Shown: in pieces, positions 16,182 through 24,955 of the stretch
How the letters are laid out: every line of letters begins with the position of its first letter
How positions within the stretch are numbered: the first letter of the stretch is position 1
Source: Candidatus Micrarchaeota archaeon
GTDB lineage: Archaea; B1Sed10-29
Direction: 5' to 3'
DNA: 29,140 nucleotides
Assembly: GCA_964388265.1 (NCBI GenBank)
Contig: CAYLXZ010000009.1
Span: 1 to 29,140 of the forward strand
Notes under the pieces: generated by a model
Told to the model about the DNA's origin: nothing
The model's input: only the letters and a program-made list of their open reading frames with translations
The model's database searches: none
Program-made: the position numbers and the translations under genes

Positions 16182-16243
16182 CCTCACCTATCTATAAAGA
16201 AAATAGTCCCCCTTTCCCATGGGTGAGGAAAAGGATTTTTCAC
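16182..16243. other. Structured intergenic element (possible IS left end or second small RNA)
   Basis: 10-bp stem CCTCACCTAT (16182-16191) / ATGGGTGAGG (16219-16228), inner CTAT/ATAG hairpin, loop CCTTT able to pair with downstream AAAGG. Confidence 0.4.
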
Positions 16244-16386
16244 CAAATAAGTTAAATAACCCGGGAACAAAAAAATAAAAGAACTCAAAGAAAACCAACT
16301 CTCACACTAAAAGATATTTAAAACACGGAAAGCAAAAGAGATACAAGCTCTTAAATACAACAGAAAGAGAGAAAAAGGTTATATTT

Positions 16387-16845
16387 ATGGCGAGAATGCA
16401 TTCTAGAGACAAAGGAAGCTCCGGATCAACTAAACCAGCTTCAAAAGAAGCCCCAAACTGGGTAGATATGTCCGAAGAAGAAGTAAGAGAAAAAATCATA
16501 GAGCTAGCTGAAGAAGGAGAAAACCCAAGCGACATAGGAAGAATACTAAGAGACGAACACGGGGTCCCAGACGTCAAAGCAGTCACAGGAGAAAAAGTAA
16601 CGGACATACTCGAAAAAGAAGACCTAAAAGAAGAATACCCAGAAGATCTGATGAACCTCATGAAAAGAGCCGTAAAAATAAGAAGACATCTGGAAAAAAA
16701 CTCAAGAGACAAAGAAAACAAAAGAAACCTCAAACTCACTGAATCAAAAATAAAAAGACTAGTAAAATACTACAAAAGAAAAGGAGAACTACCAGAAGAC
16801 TGGTTCTACGAACCAGAAAGAGCAAAACTAATAGTAGAAGAGTGA
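16387..16845 (+). CDS. rps15: 30S ribosomal protein S15 (uS15/S13e type)
   Basis: MARMHSRDKGSSGS, IGRILRDEHGVP, PEDLMNL, ESKIKRLVKYYK. Confidence 0.98.
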   Translation: MARMHSRDKGSSGSTKPASKEAPNWVDMSEEEVREKIIELAEEGENPSDIGRILRDEHGVPDVKAVTGEKVTDILEKEDLKEEYPEDLMNLMKRAVKIRRHLEKNSRDKENKRNLKLTESKIKRLVKYYKRKGELPEDWFYEPERAKLIVEE

Positions 16846-16849
16846 TAAC

Positions 16850-17419
16850 ATGGCAAAGAGAAAAGTAGACAAATGGAAACAAAAAGAATGGTACCCAATA
16901 CAAGCACCAAGCATATTCGAAGAAAAGAATATAAGAAAAACACCCGCAACCTCAGAAGAAGAATTAATCGGAAGAACCCTCACAGTACCACTAGAAGACA
17001 TCACAGGAAAAAGAAACCACCGAAACACAAAAATAACTTTCCAAATCACAGGCATAGAAGGAGGAACAGCCCAAACAGAAGTAAAAAAATTCCAACTAAC
17101 CAGAGACTACATAAGGAAAAACATAAGAAAAAGAAGAAGCGTAATAAAATCCGTGAAAGACCTAGAAACAGACAAAGGAACACTACGAACCACAACCTAC
17201 GCCTTCACAGTTAACAAACTACACTCCTCTAAAGAAAGAAAGATAAGAGAAATAATAAACAAAAAACTAGAAGAAGAAAAAAACGAAAACAACTTCGAAT
17301 CCCTACTTCAAAAAATGATATTCGGAAAAACATCCACAAACATATTCAAAGAAGCAAAAGCAATCTCTCCAATCAAAAGGATAGACATAACCAAGTGTGA
17401 AGTTAAGAGAGGAGAATAA
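16850..17419 (+). CDS. rps3ae: 30S ribosomal protein S3Ae (eS1)
   Basis: DKWKQKEWYPIQAPSIF, GRTLTVPLEDITG, LTRDYIR, ISPIKRIDITKCEV. Confidence 0.93.
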   Translation: MAKRKVDKWKQKEWYPIQAPSIFEEKNIRKTPATSEEELIGRTLTVPLEDITGKRNHRNTKITFQITGIEGGTAQTEVKKFQLTRDYIRKNIRKRRSVIKSVKDLETDKGTLRTTTYAFTVNKLHSSKERKIREIINKKLEEEKNENNFESLLQKMIFGKTSTNIFKEAKAISPIKRIDITKCEVKRGE

Positions 17420-18105
17420 TGGACATCTCCCTGTCCCAATACGCCTTGCCCCTATTCATAGCTCTTTTTGGTTTAGAAAGCAAATCTCTAACAATCAAAG
17501 GAGCCATCTCAGCCATACTACTAGCCTACGTAATCCTACTCAGACAAAGCCTGTCCTGGTTCCTAATACTATTCTCATTCTACGTAATGGGAACCATAAC
17601 CACTAAATGGAAAGAAAAAGAGAAAAAAAGACATTCACTAATGCAAAAAACACGTGGACCCTGGAACGTCATAGGAAATGGAGGAACAGCTGCCCTAATG
17701 GCTCTTCTGGGTGGAGTAATAGGTCTCGTTGGATTTGTATCTGCAGTAGCCACGGCAACAGCCGATACACTCTCCTCCGAGTTAGGTGTATTCTCCAAAT
17801 CTAAACCAAGAATGGTTACTGACCTCAGAAAAGTAGAACCAGGGACAAATGGAGGAGTAACCGCTTATGGGACATTTCTAGGTTCTTTAGGAGCCATGGT
17901 AGTTGGCCTTGTCGCTTTACTAGAAATAAATCCTTTAATTATTCTTATAAGCACTATAGCTGGAACTATAGGATGTTTTGCCGATTCATACATAGGCGCA
18001 ATACTTGAAAACCGGCATATAATAGGTAATTCAACCACGAACTTCTTAGCAACAGCCGTAGGAGCTGTTTCAGGTATGTTAATCTACCTTCAACTAGGTA
18101 TCTAG
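17419..18105 (+). CDS. DUF92 (TMEM19/VTE6-like) membrane protein
   Basis: RGPWNVIGNG, ATATADTLSSELG, VEPGTNGGVT..GT, DSYIGA.LE, N.TTNFLAT. Confidence 0.9.
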   Translation: MDISLSQYALPLFIALFGLESKSLTIKGAISAILLAYVILLRQSLSWFLILFSFYVMGTITTKWKEKEKKRHSLMQKTRGPWNVIGNGGTAALMALLGGVIGLVGFVSAVATATADTLSSELGVFSKSKPRMVTDLRKVEPGTNGGVTAYGTFLGSLGAMVVGLVALLEINPLIILISTIAGTIGCFADSYIGAILENRHIIGNSTTNFLATAVGAVSGMLIYLQLGI

Positions 18106-18115
18106 GAGGATCAAG

Positions 18116-18607
18116 ATGATAGAATTGATCTTGGAAGCAGTGAAATACCTCTTACCGGCCTACATAGCTAACTCCTCATCAGTTCTATTTGGAGGAGGAA
18201 CACCAATAGACCTAGGAAGAAGATTCCATGGGAATAGACTGCTTGGAGATGGTAAAACCTGGAGAGGACTGATCTTCGGGTTGATATCAGGATCTATAGC
18301 AGCAGTATCCATAGGTATAGTCGTAGAGAGTGCTTTTATTTCCTTATATGGAATTCTATTCTCCTTAGGAGGGTTACTAGGGGATATAGTTGCTAGTTTC
18401 TTCAAAAGAAGAATTGGGATGGATAGAGGAGATCCTGCTCCAGTGCTGGATCAACTTGACTTCATTCTTGGAGGTTTAGCACTTAGTTCAATTTTATTTG
18501 TTCCTTCTAAGGAAATTATTTTGGTTATGGTTGTTTTAACTCCTTTTTTACATGTGTTAGTGAATATTTTAGGTTATCTAGCTGGGTTTAATGATAATCC
18601 TTGGTAG
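18116..18607 (+). CDS. carS: CDP-archaeol synthase (DUF46)
   Basis: LPAYIAN, GGGTPIDLG, LGDGKTWRG, GDIVASFFKRR, PVLDQLDF, C-terminal PW. Confidence 0.95.
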   Translation: MIELILEAVKYLLPAYIANSSSVLFGGGTPIDLGRRFHGNRLLGDGKTWRGLIFGLISGSIAAVSIGIVVESAFISLYGILFSLGGLLGDIVASFFKRRIGMDRGDPAPVLDQLDFILGGLALSSILFVPSKEIILVMVVLTPFLHVLVNILGYLAGFNDNPW

Positions 18608-18611
18608 TTGA

Positions 18612-18684
18612 TAGTCCTGGGCGGATTCGAACCGCCGCCACGGGGTCCAAAGCCCCATATCCTTGGCCACTAGACCACAGGACT
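18612..18684 (-). tRNA. tRNA-Gln(UUG), intronless, CCA not encoded
   Basis: AGTCCTG/CAGGACT acceptor stem (A1-U72), anticodon loop CTTTGGA, T-arm GGCGG-TTCGAAT-CCGCC, discriminator A. Confidence 0.97.
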
Positions 18685-18755
18685 GTATTGATTTATGTGT
18701 ATAAAGTTATTGCTCTGAAGTTTAATTAACATTTACTTCAAAACTGTTTTTTTGG

Positions 18756-19502
18756 TTATTCGTAGAATGATGGTAGGAGTTTGAATCCTTCTTCGGAGAG
18801 GTTGAAGCCGATTCCTTGGAGTGGTGTCTGGGTAGCTATCATTTTGTTTATGTGGAGTACTCTTTTTCCTTTTCCTCCTCCTGTTTCTTCTTGGTTGAGT
18901 TCTATTACTCCGTCTGAGATGTAAGGTTCTACTCCGAAGTGGGTTAGTCTGTTTTCTTCGGGTGTTTCAGCTATTAGTATAGTTGTGCAGTCTGTTTCTT
19001 TCAGTTTTTTTGATATTGTGTATAGTAGAGTTCTATAGTCGGCTACGGAGGATGAGAGGTATCCGAATGGGGTGATTGAATCGATTACTATTCTTTTTGC
19101 TCCTATGGAGTCTACTATTTTAGTTAGTTTTTTTACTAGTTTTCTTCTAACTGTTTTTGCTTCGAATTGTTCGAATCCGGTTAATTCGTAGCTTGTTAGG
19201 ACTAGGTCTTTGTTTTCTTGTAGTTCTCTTATGTTTAGTCCTGATTTGAGAGAGTACCATTCTACATCTGTGTCGTATCCTTGTATTCTTAGGTATATGC
19301 CTGGTTCGTTGTATTTTTGAACTCCGTTGTATAGGTATTGGAGTCCGAACATTGTTTTTCCGGATCCGGAGTCTCCTGCTACTAGTATTGTGGAGGGGTG
19401 GGGGAATCCTCCTTCTAGGAAGTTATTTAGTCCAGGTACTCCTGTTTTTATTCTTTTTAATCCGTCTTCTTCTTCTGTTATTCCTTCTGTATGGTTTGTC
19501 AT
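18756..19502 (-). CDS. Single-domain KaiC/RAD55-family RecA-like ATPase
   Basis: RIKTGVPGL, Walker A GDSGSGKT, Walker B IVIDSIT, DGVIEL, INKM. Confidence 0.9.
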   Translation of the reverse strand: MTNHTEGITEEEDGLKRIKTGVPGLNNFLEGGFPHPSTILVAGDSGSGKTMFGLQYLYNGVQKYNEPGIYLRIQGYDTDVEWYSLKSGLNIRELQENKDLVLTSYELTGFEQFEAKTVRRKLVKKLTKIVDSIGAKRIVIDSITPFGYLSSSVADYRTLLYTISKKLKETDCTTILIAETPEENRLTHFGVEPYISDGVIELNQEETGGGKGKRVLHINKMIATQTPLQGIGFNLSEEGFKLLPSFYE

Positions 19503-19565
19503 GGTAATCCTTTTTTGTTTGGTTGACTTGTAGTTAAGAAATCATTTGTCCTTTTTATTTATGGG

Positions 19566-21134
19566 TTATAGGATTTCGTTTATTATTGCTCTGTAGGCTG
19601 GTCTGGAGATTAGTACTCCTATTAGTGTTCCTAGGATTGTGACTATTGCGAATCCTTGTAGTGTTCCTAGGCCCATGAATAGTAGTGGGAACATCGCGAA
19701 TATTGTTGTGGTGGATGCTCTCATTATTATGCTGAATGCTCTTTTTACTCTTTTTGCTAGACTTTTTCTCTTGTCTGTGTCTTCGCTTAAGGCTTCGTCT
19801 GTCATTATGATCTGGTGGTCTACTCCTGTTCCTACTACTGCGATTATTCCTGCTATTGCTGGTAGGTCTATTTGCCATCCTATCCATGCTGCTGCTCCTA
19901 TGGTCATTAGTACTTCTGAGAAGCTTGTGGTTAGTAGTGGGGCTATTACTTTGATTCTTCTGTATCTTATTGAGATTGCTGCGGCTACGGATAGTATTGC
20001 CACTAACCCCGCTATGAGAGAGTAGTTTAGGAATTCTTTTCCAAGTGCTGGTGATACTCTTGATACTCTTTCTATCTGAACCCCTATTGGTAGTTTACCT
20101 TCCTTGAGAAGAACCTTCATCCTTGTTATCTCTTCAAAAGCACCTGCTTCTGACTTTGAAAACCCTGTTATGCTAGGGTTAGCAACCGCATTACCTGAAG
20201 TCACGCCTTCAGTTAAGTGAAGTGTAGTCTCCAGGTTAAGAGCGTTAACTATCCAGTATCCTTCTGTTTTTGGGACTTTTTTTATCTCTTGAGCGTTGGT
20301 TATTCGGTTGAGTTCTTCTTCTGTGTACATTCCTTCTGGAACGATAACTGTCTTGTTTTCGGTTTTATTCAGGATAGAAGAAGTTATTTTATCTGTTATC
20401 TGCATTTCGGCTCCTGAATTCTTAACGATTTTTTCTATTGGTATCTTATCTCTAATAACATCTTGTTCTTCATCTTTACTTAACTTAGGAGATATTGAAT
20501 TTTCCTTTTGATATAGAGAGTTATTCATGATGATTAAAGCATTTTCCGGACGATCTATGAACACATACAGCAGTTCCTTGCACTGATCTCGTCCAGGTAC
20601 CTGCGTACATTCTCCTTCTACTGCATCGGCGAATTCTTGAGCTCCTGTAGAACTTAATTCGAAGGGTACTCGCCATCGATATCCTCCTTTTCCACCTTGA
20701 ACCGGAGTTGCTCCGTAGCCTTCTTGTGGATTACTTATTACTCCTTCTATCTGAGATCCTTCCAGTACCACTTCTCCATTGTAGAGGGTTTCGAAGCTTC
20801 CTTGTTCTCCTATTATTGATCTTATTTTATCTACGGCTGCTGGATCGGTTTCTGCTACCTCTACTCTTATGAATTGGTTTTCTTGTGGTGTTATTGAGAC
20901 GTCTTTTAATCCATAGGTGTTTACTCTTTTTCCGAGTATGTTTACTATGGAGTTCATTTGGCTAGTGGAGGCTTCTTCATCTAGCCTGAGGTCCATCAGG
21001 GTTCCGCCTTTGAAGTCCATTCCGAACTGAACTCCTTTTAGCGGTATGGGTATGATTCCTATGACTATTATTCCGATGATGAAGAGGTAGATTCTTCTCT
21101 TCTTGAGGATTTTCATGAATTTGTCCTTGTTCAT
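19566..21134 (-). CDS. secD: Protein translocase subunit SecD (archaeal)
   Basis: FGMDFKGG, RVNTYGLKD, LKEGKLP, VSPALG, IAGIIAVVGTGVDHQIIMTDE, LQGFAIVTILG, SRPAY. Confidence 0.95.
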   Translation of the reverse strand: MNKDKFMKILKKRRIYLFIIGIIVIGIIPIPLKGVQFGMDFKGGTLMDLRLDEEASTSQMNSIVNILGKRVNTYGLKDVSITPQENQFIRVEVAETDPAAVDKIRSIIGEQGSFETLYNGEVVLEGSQIEGVISNPQEGYGATPVQGGKGGYRWRVPFELSSTGAQEFADAVEGECTQVPGRDQCKELLYVFIDRPENALIIMNNSLYQKENSISPKLSKDEEQDVIRDKIPIEKIVKNSGAEMQITDKITSSILNKTENKTVIVPEGMYTEEELNRITNAQEIKKVPKTEGYWIVNALNLETTLHLTEGVTSGNAVANPSITGFSKSEAGAFEEITRMKVLLKEGKLPIGVQIERVSRVSPALGKEFLNYSLIAGLVAILSVAAAISIRYRRIKVIAPLLTTSFSEVLMTIGAAAWIGWQIDLPAIAGIIAVVGTGVDHQIIMTDEALSEDTDKRKSLAKRVKRAFSIIMRASTTTIFAMFPLLFMGLGTLQGFAIVTILGTLIGVLISRPAYRAIINEIL

Positions 21135-22126
21135 TCCATTCCCTCCTTATCCATGTACCATAGTACGAGAGGTGTATTTGTTAGCCATGTGGCTATGAGG
21201 TCACCTATTAGACCTATTATTAGGATTATTGATATGCTTGTTAGTATCTGGATGTGTGTTAGGTAAGATACTATGAATAGTCCTGATAGAGCTCCTAGGG
21301 TTGTTAGAGTCATTGTTAAGCCTGTTTTCATGGCTTCATGTGCTCTTTCCTCCTTCTTACCTTTCTTTCTTTTCATTATTCTATCCACGAGCATTATATC
21401 TGAGTCTATAGAGTAACCTATCAGCATGAGTAGTGCAGCGATTGTTCCAAGAGTTATAGGTATTCCGAATAGTCCTGCGGCCCCTATTCCGAATATCAGA
21501 TCGTAGACTGCTGCTTGGAACACTGCTAGAGATACCACTATCTTTCTGAAGAAGTAGAATACGAGTATCGCGATGAGTAGTAATGCAGCGAACACGGCGT
21601 TTTTAGCCTGTTCCAGGAATCTTTGCCCTAGTGATGCTCCTATGGTGTTGAACGAGAGTTTATTGGATTCTACTCCTGTTCTTTCGGATAAGTAGGCTGT
21701 TATTTGGTTTTGGAATTGTTCTTCGGCTTCTGATATGTAGGCTCTAGCTTTTTCTTTTTGATCTTCTATATCTAGATTAAGTTCTCCTGTAATCTGTTTG
21801 GCGTTCTGTATCGTTGAGAGGTAGTCTCCTGTTTCCATAGCGTTCTCAGCCTTTACTATATGGGAATTACCTGTGTATTCTATGAGTAAGAGTTTTCTTC
21901 CTCCTAGAGTTTGTTTTACTTCTAGATCAATGACTTTAAATTTGTCATTTAAATCTCTTTCCAGTTGAGCTGTATCTACTGATTCTTTTAGAGGCGCTGA
22001 TATACGGGAACCGCCTCGGAACTCCATGCCATAGGTTAGTTGTGTTGTGAAAAATAGAGAACCTATTAAGAGTATTACTGGAACTATCAATAGTTTTTTA
22101 TATCTCTTTTTACTGTATATATTCAT
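21131..22126 (-). CDS. secF: Protein translocase subunit SecF (archaeal)
   Basis: GMEFRGG, IGASLG, AALLMLIGYSIDSDIML, TGLTMTLTT, GLIGDLIATWLTN. Confidence 0.95.
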   Translation of the reverse strand: MNIYSKKRYKKLLIVPVILLIGSLFFTTQLTYGMEFRGGSRISAPLKESVDTAQLERDLNDKFKVIDLEVKQTLGGRKLLLIEYTGNSHIVKAENAMETGDYLSTIQNAKQITGELNLDIEDQKEKARAYISEAEEQFQNQITAYLSERTGVESNKLSFNTIGASLGQRFLEQAKNAVFAALLLIAILVFYFFRKIVVSLAVFQAAVYDLIFGIGAAGLFGIPITLGTIAALLMLIGYSIDSDIMLVDRIMKRKKGKKEERAHEAMKTGLTMTLTTLGALSGLFIVSYLTHIQILTSISIILIIGLIGDLIATWLTNTPLVLWYMDKEGME

Positions 22127-22357
22127 ATGGATTCACTTTGGATTGGTTTGTTCTTTGTTTTGGTGGGTTTTGGGTTGATTGTTTTTAATTTGGTTAATGA
22201 AGGGTCTTCTAGTGATGTTGAGAGTGGTGGAGTTGTTATGTTGGGTCCTTTGCCTATTGTTTTTGGTTCTAGTGATCGTTCTGCTTTTTTTGCTTTGGTG
22301 GTTGGTATCGTGGTGTTTGTTTTGGTTTATTTGTTTTGGTTTTCTCGTGTTTTCTAG
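22127..22357 (+). CDS. DUF131 (TIGR00304-like) small membrane protein
   Basis: Signature GGVVMLGPLPIVFGS between two TM helices; ATG directly abuts the secF ATG on the opposite strand. Confidence 0.82.
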   Translation: MDSLWIGLFFVLVGFGLIVFNLVNEGSSSDVESGGVVMLGPLPIVFGSSDRSAFFALVVGIVVFVLVYLFWFSRVF

Positions 22358-22392
22358 GTTATAATTAATGATGCGGGGTAATTAAACGTTGG

Positions 22393-24087
22393 TTATTTTT
22401 CTTTTTGTTGGGTGTGCCATCTGTTTTTTGCGGCTTCTCCTCTGTTGAACTGCTCTATCTCCGTGGATGATAGATAGGTTTCTCCCGCTGCTAGGAGTTC
22501 ATCGTCTTTGTCAACTAGTAGGACAGGTTCGCCTGGCTTTAAATCTGGGTCCAGGTCTTCTACGAATTTGTTGAATATGGATTCTCCCTTTTCAACGAAT
22601 TCAGCTGCTTCTTCATCCATCACTATCCTTTTCTCCGGGTAATCTGTTTCTCTGTGTAGTTTCTCAGCACCTTGGTGTAGTAGGAGCATGAAGTCGGTTG
22701 GTCGAATCACGGCGAAGATCTCTCCTTGATGTTGGATCTCTCTTATTCTTCCTGTTCTAGGTGATTTCTTTATCTCCACGTTCTCTGGGATTATGTCTTT
22801 CCCTAGCCAGTACTCACTCGCTCCCTTGACTTTTTCTAGATCCGTTGCTGTTGATCCTGGTGTTTCTTCTCCTGTCTGTGAGTACGGATAACATTCTAGT
22901 ATCTTCTCTGGAACCTCACCGAATACGTCTGTCTTTTTCTTTTTTCCTTTTATCTCTTTTGCTTTCTTCACTGCTCTCTTGTAGTCTGGTCTTTTCTTGC
23001 TGTATTCTGAGACATTGTAGAAGTGTTTCTTGGTGACTGGATCTCTTTCCTTGATTTCGTCCATGTTTTGGGTTATTTTATCCATTAGTTTTTTGAGTGA
23101 TGGATGTGCTCTGGACCTTGTCTCCAGCAGCTCAAAGAGAGTTCCTTCTTTTATTGCTTGTTTTATCTTCTCTATTTCTTGAAGTGTTACGTGTAAATTG
23201 TGCTTTGCCAGCTTTTCTTTGTTTTCTTTTAGATCTTCTATCGTGTTCTTGCTGCATACAGGGCATTCGCATGGTAGGTAGTGTATGTCTTTTACCTTTT
23301 TGGTTCCTCTAGGTGTTATGTATCTGTTGTCCTGTGCGTATAGCGAGTAAGATGCTGAGTCAAATAGATCCATACCCATTGCAACCGCGAATGGAAGTAG
23401 CATTGGATGACCTGCTCCAAATAGGTGTATTGGCCTATCTTCAGGTAGTCTCTGTTTGGCTATCCTCATTGGCTTTACTAGTTTGAAGTAGTTGTATCTT
23501 TCCATCGTGGGTACTATTGATCCTATTGCGTGTATATCGTAGTCTAGGTTTTTTTCTGTATCTATGCATTTCTTCATTAGCTCTGGGTATCTCCAGCCTT
23601 GTACCGGTCCTGTATAAAGGGCTTCTTTGCCTTTTATGTGTTCCTGGCTTTCTTTTAGTCTTTTTATTGTTTTTTCCACGGCTTTTTTTACGTCTTCTTT
23701 GTCTGAACTTGCTGTTGGTGTGTCGAGTATTACTCTTATGTCTGTGTTTATTTTTTCTTGGAATTCTAGTACCTCTTGGTTGGTTAATGGAATCTCTCCG
23801 TATTCCATTAATTGATAGGCTCCTGAATCCGTCATTATTGGACCTTGGAAGTCCAGGTAGTCGTGTATTCCTTCGGTGATTACTTCGTGTAGGTGGTCTT
23901 TTTTGAGTATGTAGGCGTTTGTGATTATGGCTTGTGCTCCCATTTCTTTTATTTCTCTGGGTTTTATGGTTAGTTTGTTTGGGTTTACGACTGGTAGTAG
24001 TGCTGGTGTTTCTATTTCTCCGTGTGGAGTTTTTAGTTTACCTATTCTAGCGGCTAGGTCTTTGTCTTTTATCTCAAAATTAGCCAT
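22393..24087 (-). CDS. tgtA: Archaeosine tRNA-guanine(15) transglycosylase with C-terminal PUA domain
   Basis: ETPALLPVVNP, IMTDSGAYQL, HLFGAGHPM, DLFDSASY, CECPVC..HNL Zn site, C-terminal PUA (GESIFNKFV). Confidence 0.96.
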   Translation of the reverse strand: MANFEIKDKDLAARIGKLKTPHGEIETPALLPVVNPNKLTIKPREIKEMGAQAIITNAYILKKDHLHEVITEGIHDYLDFQGPIMTDSGAYQLMEYGEIPLTNQEVLEFQEKINTDIRVILDTPTASSDKEDVKKAVEKTIKRLKESQEHIKGKEALYTGPVQGWRYPELMKKCIDTEKNLDYDIHAIGSIVPTMERYNYFKLVKPMRIAKQRLPEDRPIHLFGAGHPMLLPFAVAMGMDLFDSASYSLYAQDNRYITPRGTKKVKDIHYLPCECPVCSKNTIEDLKENKEKLAKHNLHVTLQEIEKIKQAIKEGTLFELLETRSRAHPSLKKLMDKITQNMDEIKERDPVTKKHFYNVSEYSKKRPDYKRAVKKAKEIKGKKKKTDVFGEVPEKILECYPYSQTGEETPGSTATDLEKVKGASEYWLGKDIIPENVEIKKSPRTGRIREIQHQGEIFAVIRPTDFMLLLHQGAEKLHRETDYPEKRIVMDEEAAEFVEKGESIFNKFVEDLDPDLKPGEPVLLVDKDDELLAAGETYLSSTEIEQFNRGEAAKNRWHTQQKEK

Positions 24088-24111
24088 GGTTTTCTCCTGG
24101 TGCCCTTGGAG

Positions 24112-24858
24112 TTATTCGGGTCTGTATTTTTCTCTCAGTTTCTTTATTACTCTTCTTTCTGGGCTTTCTTTCTTCTTGGGTTGTTTTTTCTTTTGTCTTA
24201 GGTCTTTTTTCTCTGTGGTTTTTTCTGTGGTTTTGTTTTGGCTGGGTGAGGTTGGTGTTTCGTTGTTTCCGGGAGCTGTAGGTGTTCCGGAGGATTGGTT
24301 GCTTGGGAAGTTTACAACGGCTATTATTCCTAGTAGTAGGAGTGATATGAATAGTCCTATGAGGGATATTAGTCCTATGATGGTTTTTGAGGTGGCTTTG
24401 ATCTGTGTTTGTGGTTCTTTTACTTCGGTTTTCTCCAGCTGTTCTGCTCTATTTAGCATTTCTTCGGCTTCAGCTGTGTATCCGCCTTGACTGTATTTTC
24501 CTGCTGATTTTTTATAGCTTTCTATTGCTTTTTCTTTGTCTCCTATTTGTAGATAGGATTCTCCTGCTCTTTTATGGCTTAGTGCTGCTATTTTGTAGTC
24601 TCCGCCTTCGGTTAAGTAGGTTGATGCTTCTTCGTAGTGTTTTGCTGCTTCTTCATAGTATTTTACTGCTTCAGTGTTCATTCCATTGTTTCTGTAGCAT
24701 TCTGCTGCGTTGAAGTATTCTTCTCCGGCTCCGAAGTAGTTAGGATAAGGTGGTGAGACTTGGTTGCTGGCTGCTTCTACGTATTGGTCGCAGGGTGATG
24801 CTGCTTGAACAGCGGTGAACGCCAGGAGCCCGATGACAAGGAAAGCTAGTTTTTTCAT
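24112..24858 (-). CDS. Signal-peptide-bearing, single-TM protein with SNAP/TPR-like helical repeats
   Basis: N-terminal MKKLAFLVIGLLAFTAVQA; helical repeats AGEEYFNAAECY, YEEAAKHYEEA, AGESYLQIGDKEKAIESYKKSA; TM at about aa 160-183; basic C-terminal tail. Confidence 0.7.
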   Translation of the reverse strand: MKKLAFLVIGLLAFTAVQAASPCDQYVEAASNQVSPPYPNYFGAGEEYFNAAECYRNNGMNTEAVKYYEEAAKHYEEASTYLTEGGDYKIAALSHKRAGESYLQIGDKEKAIESYKKSAGKYSQGGYTAEAEEMLNRAEQLEKTEVKEPQTQIKATSKTIIGLISLIGLFISLLLLGIIAVVNFPSNQSSGTPTAPGNNETPTSPSQNKTTEKTTEKKDLRQKKKQPKKKESPERRVIKKLREKYRPE

Positions 24859-24955
24859 ATATTATACTTTTCCTCTTCATTGTATTTATTGTTTACTTTT
24901 TATCTACCTTGAAGTAACAACAATATGGAGTATATGGAGTAAAAGAGGTGGAGAT

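Noticed and set aside
11520..16853. Identical junction AGAGTGATAACATGG at PIN/ppa and rps15/rps3ae
   Set aside because: Explained by SD (GAGTGA) overlapping the stop codon plus standard spacing; no associated structure.
18756..19502. KaiC-like ATPase as a circadian clock or archaellum (FlaH) component
   Set aside because: Single domain, with no kaiB or archaellum genes adjacent; such ATPases are common in archaea.
24923..24940. ATATGGAGT x2 downstream of mscS
   Set aside because: Two 9-bp copies only; no supportable function.
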